42,476 bases of DNA from Bacteroidota bacterium (GTDB taxonomy: Bacteria; Bacteroidota; Bacteroidia; UKL13-3). This document shows positions 17,619 to 25,504 of the stretch, piece after piece (the stretch's first letter is position 1; each line of letters begins with the position of its first letter). The stretch is taken from assembly GCA_947462865.1 (NCBI GenBank), contig CANHRW010000001.1:1-42476 (forward strand), written 5' to 3'. The notes beneath the pieces were generated by a model that searched no databases, was not told the origin of the DNA, and saw only the letters and a program-made list of their open reading frames with translations. A program made the position numbers and the translations under genes.

Positions 17619-19043
17619 ATGAATTTAACATTTGACAAAAAAGATGAACTGAATGGTACCATTTCAGTTTCAATTGAGCCTAACGACTTCTTACCTTCTT
17701 ACGAAAAAAAGTTAAAAGACTACGGCAAAAAAGCTAACATACCCGGCTTCAGAGCTGGACAAGCACCTAAAGGCGTGGTTGAGAAAATGGTTGGCCAAAG
17801 TTTACTATTAGAAGAAGTAAATGGTTTTGCCAGCAAAGCATTATTTGATTACATAGACGAAAACAAATTACATATTTTGGGCCAGCCAGTAATGACTGAA
17901 GACACCAAAATTGATGAATTGACCAAAACCAGTTCATATACTTTCTCATTTGATATTGGCTTGGCTCCTGAATTTGAATTAAATATCAGCAGCTCGGACA
18001 AATACCCATACATTTCAGTTCAAGTTACCGAAACCATGGTAAATGATGAAATTGACAGACTCAAAAAACAAATGGGTGTTTTAACTGATGTTGACCAAAT
18101 GGAAGAAAACGATTTGGTTTACGTTACCTTAACTGAATTAAACGAACAATCAGAAGTTCTGGAAAATGGGGCATCAGCACCATCTGTTCCGTTGGCGTTG
18201 AACACCATTAAAGATGCTGATTTGAAAGCTGAAATCTTAAAATTAAAGATAGAAGGCAGTATTCAGGTGAATGTATTTACCTTGTTTAACAACGACGAAC
18301 AAGAAATGAGTCATGCCTTAAACATTCCAAAACAAGGCATTGCTGATTTGAACCAAACTTTCAATCTTACTTTGAATCAAATCAAAAGAACCACTGCTGC
18401 TGAAATGAATCAAGAATTCTTTGACAAAGTTTACGGAAAAGACACTGTTAAGAGTGTAGAAGAATTACAAGCTAAAATCAAGGAAGAAATTTCTGCTTAT
18501 TTTAAACAACAAGCCGATCATTTGTTGGAGCATGAATTGTTTGACAGTTTGGTAACCAAACACAATATTCAATTACCTGAGGCATTCTTAAAAAGATGGT
18601 TATTGGACAGACACTCTGAAAAATTCAACGCTGCGAATGTAGATACAGCCTTCCTTCCAGAAGCCAATTATTTGAGAAACCATTTATTGGAAGAAAAGAT
18701 ATTGGTTTCAAACAATATCAAAATAGACGAAAACGACATCAAAGCTGCTGCAAAATCATACACCATGCAAATGTTTGGTGGATACAATATGGGCAACCTA
18801 AGCGATGATATTTTGAATAGCATTATTGAACCGCAACTTCAAAAAGAAGAGTTCAGAAGCAGAATGATCAATGTTGCTGCAAGAAAGAAAGTCAACGAAT
18901 TCTTATTGAACACCATCACCAAAGATGTGAAAGAAGTAAGTGTAGAAGAGTTCAATCAAATCATTACAGCTCACAACCACAAACATCACCATGACCATGA
19001 TCATAGTGAAGACCACGAAGCAGCTGAATTTGAAAATAACTAA
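17619..19043 (+). CDS. tig: Trigger factor with a His-rich C-terminal tail
   Basis: It carries the ribosome-binding signature GFRAGQAPKG (GFRxGxxP), sits upstream of clpP-clpX, and is about 475 aa. The track ORF start (17562) lies inside the tRNA, so I use the ATG at 17619 (MNLTFDKKDELNG). Confidence 0.9.
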   Translation: MNLTFDKKDELNGTISVSIEPNDFLPSYEKKLKDYGKKANIPGFRAGQAPKGVVEKMVGQSLLLEEVNGFASKALFDYIDENKLHILGQPVMTEDTKIDELTKTSSYTFSFDIGLAPEFELNISSSDKYPYISVQVTETMVNDEIDRLKKQMGVLTDVDQMEENDLVYVTLTELNEQSEVLENGASAPSVPLALNTIKDADLKAEILKLKIEGSIQVNVFTLFNNDEQEMSHALNIPKQGIADLNQTFNLTLNQIKRTTAAEMNQEFFDKVYGKDTVKSVEELQAKIKEEISAYFKQQADHLLEHELFDSLVTKHNIQLPEAFLKRWLLDRHSEKFNAANVDTAFLPEANYLRNHLLEEKILVSNNIKIDENDIKAAAKSYTMQMFGGYNMGNLSDDILNSIIEPQLQKEEFRSRMINVAARKKVNEFLLNTITKDVKEVSVEEFNQIITAHNHKHHHDHDHSEDHEAAEFENN

Positions 19044-19048
19044 TTTAA

Positions 19049-19073
19049 AAGCCCAACTTGTTGGGCTTTTTTT
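19049..19073 (+). terminator. Rho-independent terminator after tig
   Basis: Hairpin GCCCAA-cttg-TTGGGC flanked by an A run and a 7-T run. Confidence 0.8.
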
Positions 19074-19165
19074 AGGACCTCATTTTCCAATCAAAAAAAA
19101 AATTAACGCTATTGCACTATTTTATTTGAAGCAAATGAGTACTTTTAGACACAAAGAAAAATAGA

Positions 19166-19858
19166 ATGAATATGAATATAGGAAATGAATTTCGCAACTA
19201 TGCGATTAAGCACAAAGGTTTTAGCAGCATAAAAGTTGATGCTTACATTGAAAGTTCAATGGAAAACATGACAAGAACCGTAATTGAAGAAAGACCGATG
19301 AACTTTAGAGAAATTGACGTTTTCTCTCGATTAATGGCAGACAGAATTATTTTCATGGGCATGCCTATTGATGACTATGTGGCCAATATCATACAAGCAC
19401 AATTGTTGTTTCTAGATTCTATGGATGCGCGAAGAGACATTCAAATGTATATCAACAGCCCGGGCGGCTCTGTATATGCAGGATTGGGTATTTATGACAC
19501 CATGCAATGGGTAAACCCACATGTGGCTACCATCTGTACAGGCTTAGCAGCATCAATGGCTGCAGTATTATTGTGCGCAGGAGAAAAAGGAAAACGTTCT
19601 GCATTGCCACATGCCAGAGTAATGATTCACCAGCCTCTTGGTGGTGCGCAAGGTCAGGCTTCTGATATTGAAATTACAGCACGTGAAATTCAAAAACTAA
19701 AGAAAGAACTATATGAAATTCTTTCTGTTCATAGCGGACAACCCATTGAAAAGGTTGAGGCAGATAGTGACCGAGATTACTGGATGATTGCAGCAGAAGC
19801 CAAAGCATACGGAATGATTGACGATGTGTTGTTGAAAAACAAACCAGAATCAAAATAA
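19166..19858 (+). CDS. clpP: ATP-dependent Clp protease proteolytic subunit ClpP
   Basis: 230 aa. [15 protein letters not shown], catalytic Ser context GLAASMAA and MIHQPLGG. It has the N-terminal extension common in Bacteroidota ClpP. Confidence 0.95.
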   Translation: MNMNIGNEFRNYAIKHKGFSSIKVDAYIESSMENMTRTVIEERPMNFREIDVFSRLMADRIIFMGMPIDDYVANIIQAQLLFLDSMDARRDIQMYINSPGGSVYAGLGIYDTMQWVNPHVATICTGLAASMAAVLLCAGEKGKRSALPHARVMIHQPLGGAQGQASDIEITAREIQKLKKELYEILSVHSGQPIEKVEADSDRDYWMIAAEAKAYGMIDDVLLKNKPESK

Positions 19859-19869
19859 AAATTGATGAA

Positions 19870-19897
19870 AGCTGTCCAATAGGGCAGCTTTTTTTTT
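19870..19897 (+). terminator. Rho-independent terminator after clpP
   Basis: Hairpin AGCTGTCC-aata-GGGCAGCT (one G-U pair) followed by 9 T. Confidence 0.75.
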
Positions 19898-19915
19898 AAT
19901 TGTAGCGGACTCAAC

Positions 19916-19923
19916 TATCTTTG
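19916..19923 (+). promoter_or_regulatory. Candidate -7 box TAtcTTTG upstream of clpX
   Basis: Exact TAnnTTTG ending 6 nt before the clpX ATG (19930). Confidence 0.35.
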
Positions 19924-19929
19924 TGTTTA

Positions 19930-21174
19930 ATGGCAAAGAAAAAAGAAGACAACTGTTCATTTTGCGGCAGAACAAGAAAAGAAGTCAATTACCTGATAGC
20001 AGGTATGGAAGGTATGATTTGTGAAAATTGCATTTCACAAGCCCATAAAATAATTAGCGAAGACGCAACACATACAGGTGCAAATGCAACAGCAAATTCA
20101 AAGCCAGTTAAATTGCTTAAACCATCAGAAATAACTGCACATTTAAACGAATACGTAATAGGCCAAGAAGAAGCCAAAAAAGTAATTTCTGTTGCAGTTT
20201 ACAACCATTTTAAACGCATCAATGCGCAATCAAACGCCAAAGAAGTTGAAATAGAAAAATCAAATATTTTATTAGTTGGTGAAACCGGAACTGGTAAGAC
20301 ACTTTTGGCCAAAACACTTGCAAAAATATTAGCTGTTCCTTTTTGTATTGCAGATGCAACTGTATTAACTGAAGCAGGCTATGTAGGCGAAGATGTTGAA
20401 ACCGTTCTGACACGTTTGTTGCAAGCAGCCAATTATGATGTCAATGCTGCTGAAAGAGGCATTATTTACATTGATGAAATCGATAAAATCAGCAGAAAAA
20501 GCGATAACCCTAGCATTACCAGAGATGTCAGTGGAGAAGGTGTTCAACAGGCCTTGTTAAAAATTTTAGAAGGCACAACTGCCAATGTACCCCCTCAAGG
20601 TGGCAGAAAACACCCCGATCAAAAAATGATACAAATTAACACCCAACATATTTTGTTTATATGTGGTGGTGCTTTTGATGGAATAGATAAAATTATTTCG
20701 AGGAGATTGCAAACACAATCTATTGGCTTTAAAGCTGCCGACCAACTAGAAACAGCCAATGACCCAAATATTTTGAATTATATTACCCAAGCAGATATAA
20801 AAACCTATGGTTTGATTCCTGAAATCATTGGACGTTTGCCAGTACTTTGCCATTTAAATCCTCTAGATAAAACTGCACTCAAAAATATCTTAATTCAACC
20901 TAAGAATGCCTTGATTAAACAATATGAGTATTTGTTTGCCCTTGAAGGTATTGATTTAAAAATTGACGATGCTGTTGTTGATTTAATTGTAGATACTGCA
21001 TTTGAATTGAAATTAGGAGCCAGAGGATTGAGAAGTATTTGTGAATCGTTAATGCTTGATTATATGTATGAGTTACCTGATTCAAACAACACAGAAAAAA
21101 AATTACATATAGGCTTGAAACAGGCTGAAGCCAAAATGAAAATTATTCGTTTCAAAAATCAGGTTGCGGCATAA
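19930..21174 (+). CDS. clpX: ATP-dependent Clp protease ATP-binding subunit ClpX
   Basis: N-terminal zinc ribbon CSFCG...CENC, Walker A GETGTGKT and Walker [10 protein letters not shown]. The track start 19921 is a TTG. The ATG at 19930 gives [13 protein letters not shown]. Confidence 0.95.
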   Translation: MAKKKEDNCSFCGRTRKEVNYLIAGMEGMICENCISQAHKIISEDATHTGANATANSKPVKLLKPSEITAHLNEYVIGQEEAKKVISVAVYNHFKRINAQSNAKEVEIEKSNILLVGETGTGKTLLAKTLAKILAVPFCIADATVLTEAGYVGEDVETVLTRLLQAANYDVNAAERGIIYIDEIDKISRKSDNPSITRDVSGEGVQQALLKILEGTTANVPPQGGRKHPDQKMIQINTQHILFICGGAFDGIDKIISRRLQTQSIGFKAADQLETANDPNILNYITQADIKTYGLIPEIIGRLPVLCHLNPLDKTALKNILIQPKNALIKQYEYLFALEGIDLKIDDAVVDLIVDTAFELKLGARGLRSICESLMLDYMYELPDSNNTEKKLHIGLKQAEAKMKIIRFKNQVAA

Positions 21175-21227
21175 GCACAACTTAACCAAATGTAAAAAAG
21201 TGAGTGGAATTGGTTATTTTGCAATGA

Positions 21228-22631
21228 ATGGAAAGAACATTAAATGACCCTAAAGTTACAAAGGCCTGGACCATGTATGACTGGGCCAATTCTGTATTTT
21301 CATTAACTATTGCAACAGCAATATTTCCGCTTTATTATGATTCTGTAAGTGAAGCAACGGCTCTGGCCCAAGGTAATTACGTAGATAAAGTTTACTATAT
21401 CAACATTGGCCCATTTAAAATTGTCAATTCTGCATTGTATTCATATGCATTGTCAATTGGGTTCTTAATCATTACCTTCTTATCTCCAATTTTATCAGGC
21501 ATAGCAGACGCCAAACAGAATAAACTTTCTTTCATGAAGTTTTTCTGTTACCTAGGCTCATTGAGTTGTGTCATGATGTATTTTTTCACCCCCGAAAATT
21601 TTTATTTAGGATTGGTTTTGTTCATAATTAGCTTGGTTGGTTTTGGGGGGAGTATTGTGTTTTACAATGCCTTTTTACCTGAAATTGCCTCTGAAGACCA
21701 GTTTGACCAATTGAGTGCAAAAGGATTTTCTATGGGCTATATCGGATCGGTATTGTTGCTCATTATAAACTTGATTTTAATTATGAAGACCGATTGGGTT
21801 TTTCCGGTTGCAAGTAAGGCCGAAAGTCTTATGAATGAAGGCCTAACAGCTTCTAAAGCCTTAGAAAAAGCCACCGCTTATTACAAACTCATGGCTACTA
21901 AATTGAGCTTTGTCAGTGTGGGAATTTGGTGGGCAGGATTTGCACAAATAAGTTTTAAACATTTAAAGGAATATCCTAAAAAAGACACCTCCAGCAATGC
22001 CAATAATTTAAAAAAGGGTTTCCATGAATTACAACATGTTTTCAAAGAAATCAAACAATCAGGTTCTGGTAGAATTGGGTATTTTTTAATTGGTTATTTC
22101 TTTGCAAGTATGGGCATTCAAACTGTAATGTATGTGGCTAGTTTGTTTGGCTCATTGGAATTAAAAATGGAAACAACTGAACTCATTGCAACTATTTTAA
22201 TTATACAATTAATTGCCATAGTTGGGGCTAAAGCATTTGCTTTACTTTCAGCAAAAATGGGAAACATTTATAGCCTAATGACTATGCTACTGATTTGGAT
22301 AGGCATTACCATAGGGGCCTATTGTGTTCAAACATCCATTCAGTTTTATGTATTAGCCTTAGTAGTTGGCATAGTGATGGGAGGTATTCAATCAATGTTC
22401 AGGTCTACGTTTGCAAAAATAATTCCTGAGCATACCACTGACCATGCCTCTTATTTTAGCTTTTATGATGTATGCGAAAAACTGGCAACTGTACTAGGTA
22501 CATTTGTATTTGCCTTTATCAATACGCTAACTGGCAATATGAGAAGTTCTGTGTTGGTATTGATGGTATTTTTTTTAGTAGGTTTGTTTTTTGTATCTAG
22601 AATTAAAAATTTTATCGGTAAAACAGCATAA
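21228..22631 (+). CDS. MFS transporter, UMF1 (Atg22-like) family
   Basis: 467 aa and polytopic. The N-terminal signature WTMYDWANSVFSLTIATAIFPLYY is typical of the UMF1/Atg22 family. Confidence 0.85.
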   Translation: MERTLNDPKVTKAWTMYDWANSVFSLTIATAIFPLYYDSVSEATALAQGNYVDKVYYINIGPFKIVNSALYSYALSIGFLIITFLSPILSGIADAKQNKLSFMKFFCYLGSLSCVMMYFFTPENFYLGLVLFIISLVGFGGSIVFYNAFLPEIASEDQFDQLSAKGFSMGYIGSVLLLIINLILIMKTDWVFPVASKAESLMNEGLTASKALEKATAYYKLMATKLSFVSVGIWWAGFAQISFKHLKEYPKKDTSSNANNLKKGFHELQHVFKEIKQSGSGRIGYFLIGYFFASMGIQTVMYVASLFGSLELKMETTELIATILIIQLIAIVGAKAFALLSAKMGNIYSLMTMLLIWIGITIGAYCVQTSIQFYVLALVVGIVMGGIQSMFRSTFAKIIPEHTTDHASYFSFYDVCEKLATVLGTFVFAFINTLTGNMRSSVLVLMVFFLVGLFFVSRIKNFIGKTA

Positions 22632-22633
22632 CA

Positions 22634-23365
22634 ATGGCCGCCATAAAAGTTGAAATTTCAATCCCCTGTTTTGTAGATCAATTCAAACCTGAAATTGGTT
22701 TAGACATGGTAAAAGTGCTTGAAAAAGCCGGATGTACCGTTATTTACAATCCTGAGCAAACATGTTGCGGGCTGCCTGCTTTTCATGCAGGACATTGGGA
22801 TGATGCTAGACAAATTGCTGAAAAATTTATCAATGAAGTTTCTAACGACAAAACATTGATTGCGGGTGCTGGCGCTTGCACTTCAATGATCCGAAACTCT
22901 TATGATTTATTGTTTCAAAACTCGAGCTACCATAATAAATTCAGAAACCTTCAAAAACGCACTTTTGAATTCAGTGAATTTTTAAACGATGTTTTAAAAA
23001 TGGGCTTTATTGGCTCACAACTCCAAGGTAAAGCAGTTTTGATTGATGCCTGCCAAGCAACAGGTCAATGTGGTATTTCTCAACAGCCCAGAAACTTGTT
23101 AAAATTAGTGGAAGGATTAGAGCTGATTGAACTACCTAAACAAGGATTATGCTGTGGCTTTGGTGGAACTTTTTCTATAAAATCAGAAACTCTTTCTGTG
23201 AATATGGCCAAAGAATTGATTGACCAAATTTTAACTACGGGAGCGCGATATGTTATTTCTACTGACTATACGTGTTTAATTCAATTAGACAGTGTTCTAA
23301 AGAAGCAGGGCATTCAACAACTAGAAATGCTTCATATTGCAGAAGTTTTAGCCAGTGGAATATAA
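22634..23365 (+). CDS. LutA/YkgE-like (Fe-S) oxidoreductase with two CCG domains
   Basis: 243 aa with two cysteine-rich CCG motifs (QTCCGLPAF and GLCCGFGGTF) in the LutA arrangement. It starts 2 nt after the MFS stop. Confidence 0.85.
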   Translation: MAAIKVEISIPCFVDQFKPEIGLDMVKVLEKAGCTVIYNPEQTCCGLPAFHAGHWDDARQIAEKFINEVSNDKTLIAGAGACTSMIRNSYDLLFQNSSYHNKFRNLQKRTFEFSEFLNDVLKMGFIGSQLQGKAVLIDACQATGQCGISQQPRNLLKLVEGLELIELPKQGLCCGFGGTFSIKSETLSVNMAKELIDQILTTGARYVISTDYTCLIQLDSVLKKQGIQQLEMLHIAEVLASGI

Positions 23366-23368
23366 GCC

Positions 23369-24442
23369 ATGAGCACTGCCGTTTTTTCTTATGCTGATTT
23401 GCTTGCTTTTACAAAAGGCGTATTTGTTCATTTTGGCATGCAACAAGAAGCTGCAGAAATTGCAGCCAAGAACTTAATTCTTGCAGACTTAAGAGGAATC
23501 GATTCTCATGGAATTGCCCGTTTGAGTGGCTATATCCGTTTACAAAAAGCAGGAAGAGCCAATTTTAAACCCAACTTTCAAATTCTGCACCAAACCCCTT
23601 CTACAGCTACACTCGATGCCGACCAAGGATTGGGACTTAACAGTGCACATGAAGGCATGTTGCTTGCAATAGAAAAAGCCAAGCAGGTTGGCTCTGGCTG
23701 GGTTGCAATTCAAAATAGCAATCATTTTGGTATTGCAGCTGCGCACGCCTTATTGGCGCTTGAGCATGACATGATTGGATTTGCCTTGACCAATGCCAGC
23801 CCATTGGTTACCCCAACTAATGGCAAAGAACGCATGCTGGGTACCAATCCCATTTGCATTTGCTTTCCGAGCAACCGAAGTCAAGCCTTTGTTTTAGATA
23901 TGGCTACAAGCGCTGCAGCCAATGGCAAACTTGAAATAGCACAAAGATTGGGAAAAGATTTGCCGCCAAATTGGGTACAAAGTTCAGAAGGAATGGCCAG
24001 TAACAATGCCCATGAATTAAAAGACGGAGGGGCATTGCTTCCTCTAGGTGGACACAAAGGTTATGGGCTTGCCTCAATGGTTGATATTTTATCGGGGGTA
24101 TTATCTGGGGCCAATTACGGACCATGGGTCCCTCCATTTGTTGCATTTCTAGACCCATTGGAAAATTTACCCGGAAAAGGAATTGGTCATTTTGTTGGTG
24201 CTTTGCGCATAGATGCATTCAGACCTGCAACCGATTTTAAAAACCATATGGACAATTGGATTGATCGGTTCAAGCAAACAAGCCCAATCAATGAAAACAA
24301 ACCTGTTTTAATTCCCGGGGAACTTGAATATTTAGAGGCCAATGAACGCATGAAAAATGGCATTCCACTGCATAACCTTGTATTGGAGAGTATGCTTGAA
24401 TTGTCAAATGAAACAGGCGTAACAATGCCCATTCAACTATAG
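23369..24442 (+). CDS. Ldh_2-family (malate/L-lactate/sulfolactate/ureidoglycolate-type) NAD(P)-dependent dehydrogenase
   Basis: 357 aa. GIDSHGIARL, QNSNHFGIAA and LPLGGHKGYGLA motifs are typical of the type-2 malate/lactate dehydrogenase family. It starts 3 nt after the upstream stop. Confidence 0.85.
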   Translation: MSTAVFSYADLLAFTKGVFVHFGMQQEAAEIAAKNLILADLRGIDSHGIARLSGYIRLQKAGRANFKPNFQILHQTPSTATLDADQGLGLNSAHEGMLLAIEKAKQVGSGWVAIQNSNHFGIAAAHALLALEHDMIGFALTNASPLVTPTNGKERMLGTNPICICFPSNRSQAFVLDMATSAAANGKLEIAQRLGKDLPPNWVQSSEGMASNNAHELKDGGALLPLGGHKGYGLASMVDILSGVLSGANYGPWVPPFVAFLDPLENLPGKGIGHFVGALRIDAFRPATDFKNHMDNWIDRFKQTSPINENKPVLIPGELEYLEANERMKNGIPLHNLVLESMLELSNETGVTMPIQL

Positions 24443-25333
24443 CCAACCTTTACGTTTAAACCAGATCCAAATTATAAGGCTGATAGCTACCATGCAAATC
24501 AAAACCATTGGATAGCCGTAATTTAATTTCAGTTCGGGCATAAATTCAAAATTCATTCCATATACGCCTACAACAAATGTGAGTGGTAAAAAAAATGCAG
24601 AAAACGCAGTTAAAATCCGCATCACTTCGTTGGTCTTCTGAGAAGAGATGCTGAGGTATACATGCAACAATGATTGACTGCTGTCATAAATTTCATCCGT
24701 TAAAGTTTCGAGCCCAATGAAATAGTCGTGTAAATCGCCGTAAAATGGAGATTTATCTTCATTCATTGGCATCAAGTCTATGACCATTTTATTGATTAAA
24801 TTCAGGCGTTTCATTAAGTAGGTTTTCCGCTTTATGGCATAGAGTTTTTGGAGTAAATCTGGGATTCTTTTCTTTAAAAAAATACGTTCTTCATACACGT
24901 CTATGTCTCGGTCTATGAGGTATAAAGGAGATTGAAATGTTTCCAAAACATTTTTATACAATTTGCATACCAGTTCATATGGGCGCAGTGTTTGCGAATT
25001 GTTTGCATACTTCAGGGCTACTTTTTCTACAATATCAGTTGGGCATCGGTGAATGGTTAATAAAAAGTCATTGGTGTAAAACACCGCCAATTTACGGGTC
25101 AATTGCTGAAAACTAGCGGCATTGGATTCCGCATTTACATCAAACATTCTAAAAATTGCAAAGTTGTATTGGCCTATCTGTTCAATTTTAGGCAAATGAC
25201 CAGATTGCATACAATCACTCACTGCAGTTAACGGCAAGTTGTATTGCATTGCTAGTGTTCGTAAATCGGCGTCTGTTGGCATGCTCACATCAACCCAATT
25301 AAATTTGAACCCATTCAATTGTTGTATATTCAT
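24437..25333 (-). CDS. corA: CorA-family divalent cation transporter
   Basis: It has two C-terminal TM helices with the YGMNF signature (VGVYGMNFEFMPEL). The track start 25375 is a TTG, so I use the ATG at 25333 (MNIQQLNG). Confidence 0.85.
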   Translation of the reverse strand: MNIQQLNGFKFNWVDVSMPTDADLRTLAMQYNLPLTAVSDCMQSGHLPKIEQIGQYNFAIFRMFDVNAESNAASFQQLTRKLAVFYTNDFLLTIHRCPTDIVEKVALKYANNSQTLRPYELVCKLYKNVLETFQSPLYLIDRDIDVYEERIFLKKRIPDLLQKLYAIKRKTYLMKRLNLINKMVIDLMPMNEDKSPFYGDLHDYFIGLETLTDEIYDSSQSLLHVYLSISSQKTNEVMRILTAFSAFFLPLTFVVGVYGMNFEFMPELKLNYGYPMVLICMVAISLIIWIWFKRKGWL

Positions 25334-25471
25334 CTTGATTAGCTCTTTTACAGACAAGATAGGTAATTTCAACAACTATGGATTTTGAATTATGCGACAA
25401 TGCCCTTTTGAATGTGTATAAATTCCCTGTGTAATAAGTTGTGAATCAAACCAAAAAAGAAGGAAGCATGG

Positions 25472-25479
25472 TACTTTTG
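25472..25479 (+). promoter_or_regulatory. Candidate -7 box TActTTTG upstream of the 881-aa gene
   Basis: Exact TAnnTTTG 25 nt upstream of the ATG at 25505. Confidence 0.35.
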
Positions 25480-25504
25480 TTATCATTCAAAAACTGACCA
25501 AATT

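Noticed and set aside
22634-23365. Calling this gene lutA of a lactate-utilisation lutABC operon
   Set aside because: No lutB (4Fe-4S ferredoxin-like) or lutC follows, and the neighbours are an MFS transporter and an Ldh_2 dehydrogenase. I therefore keep only the family-level call.
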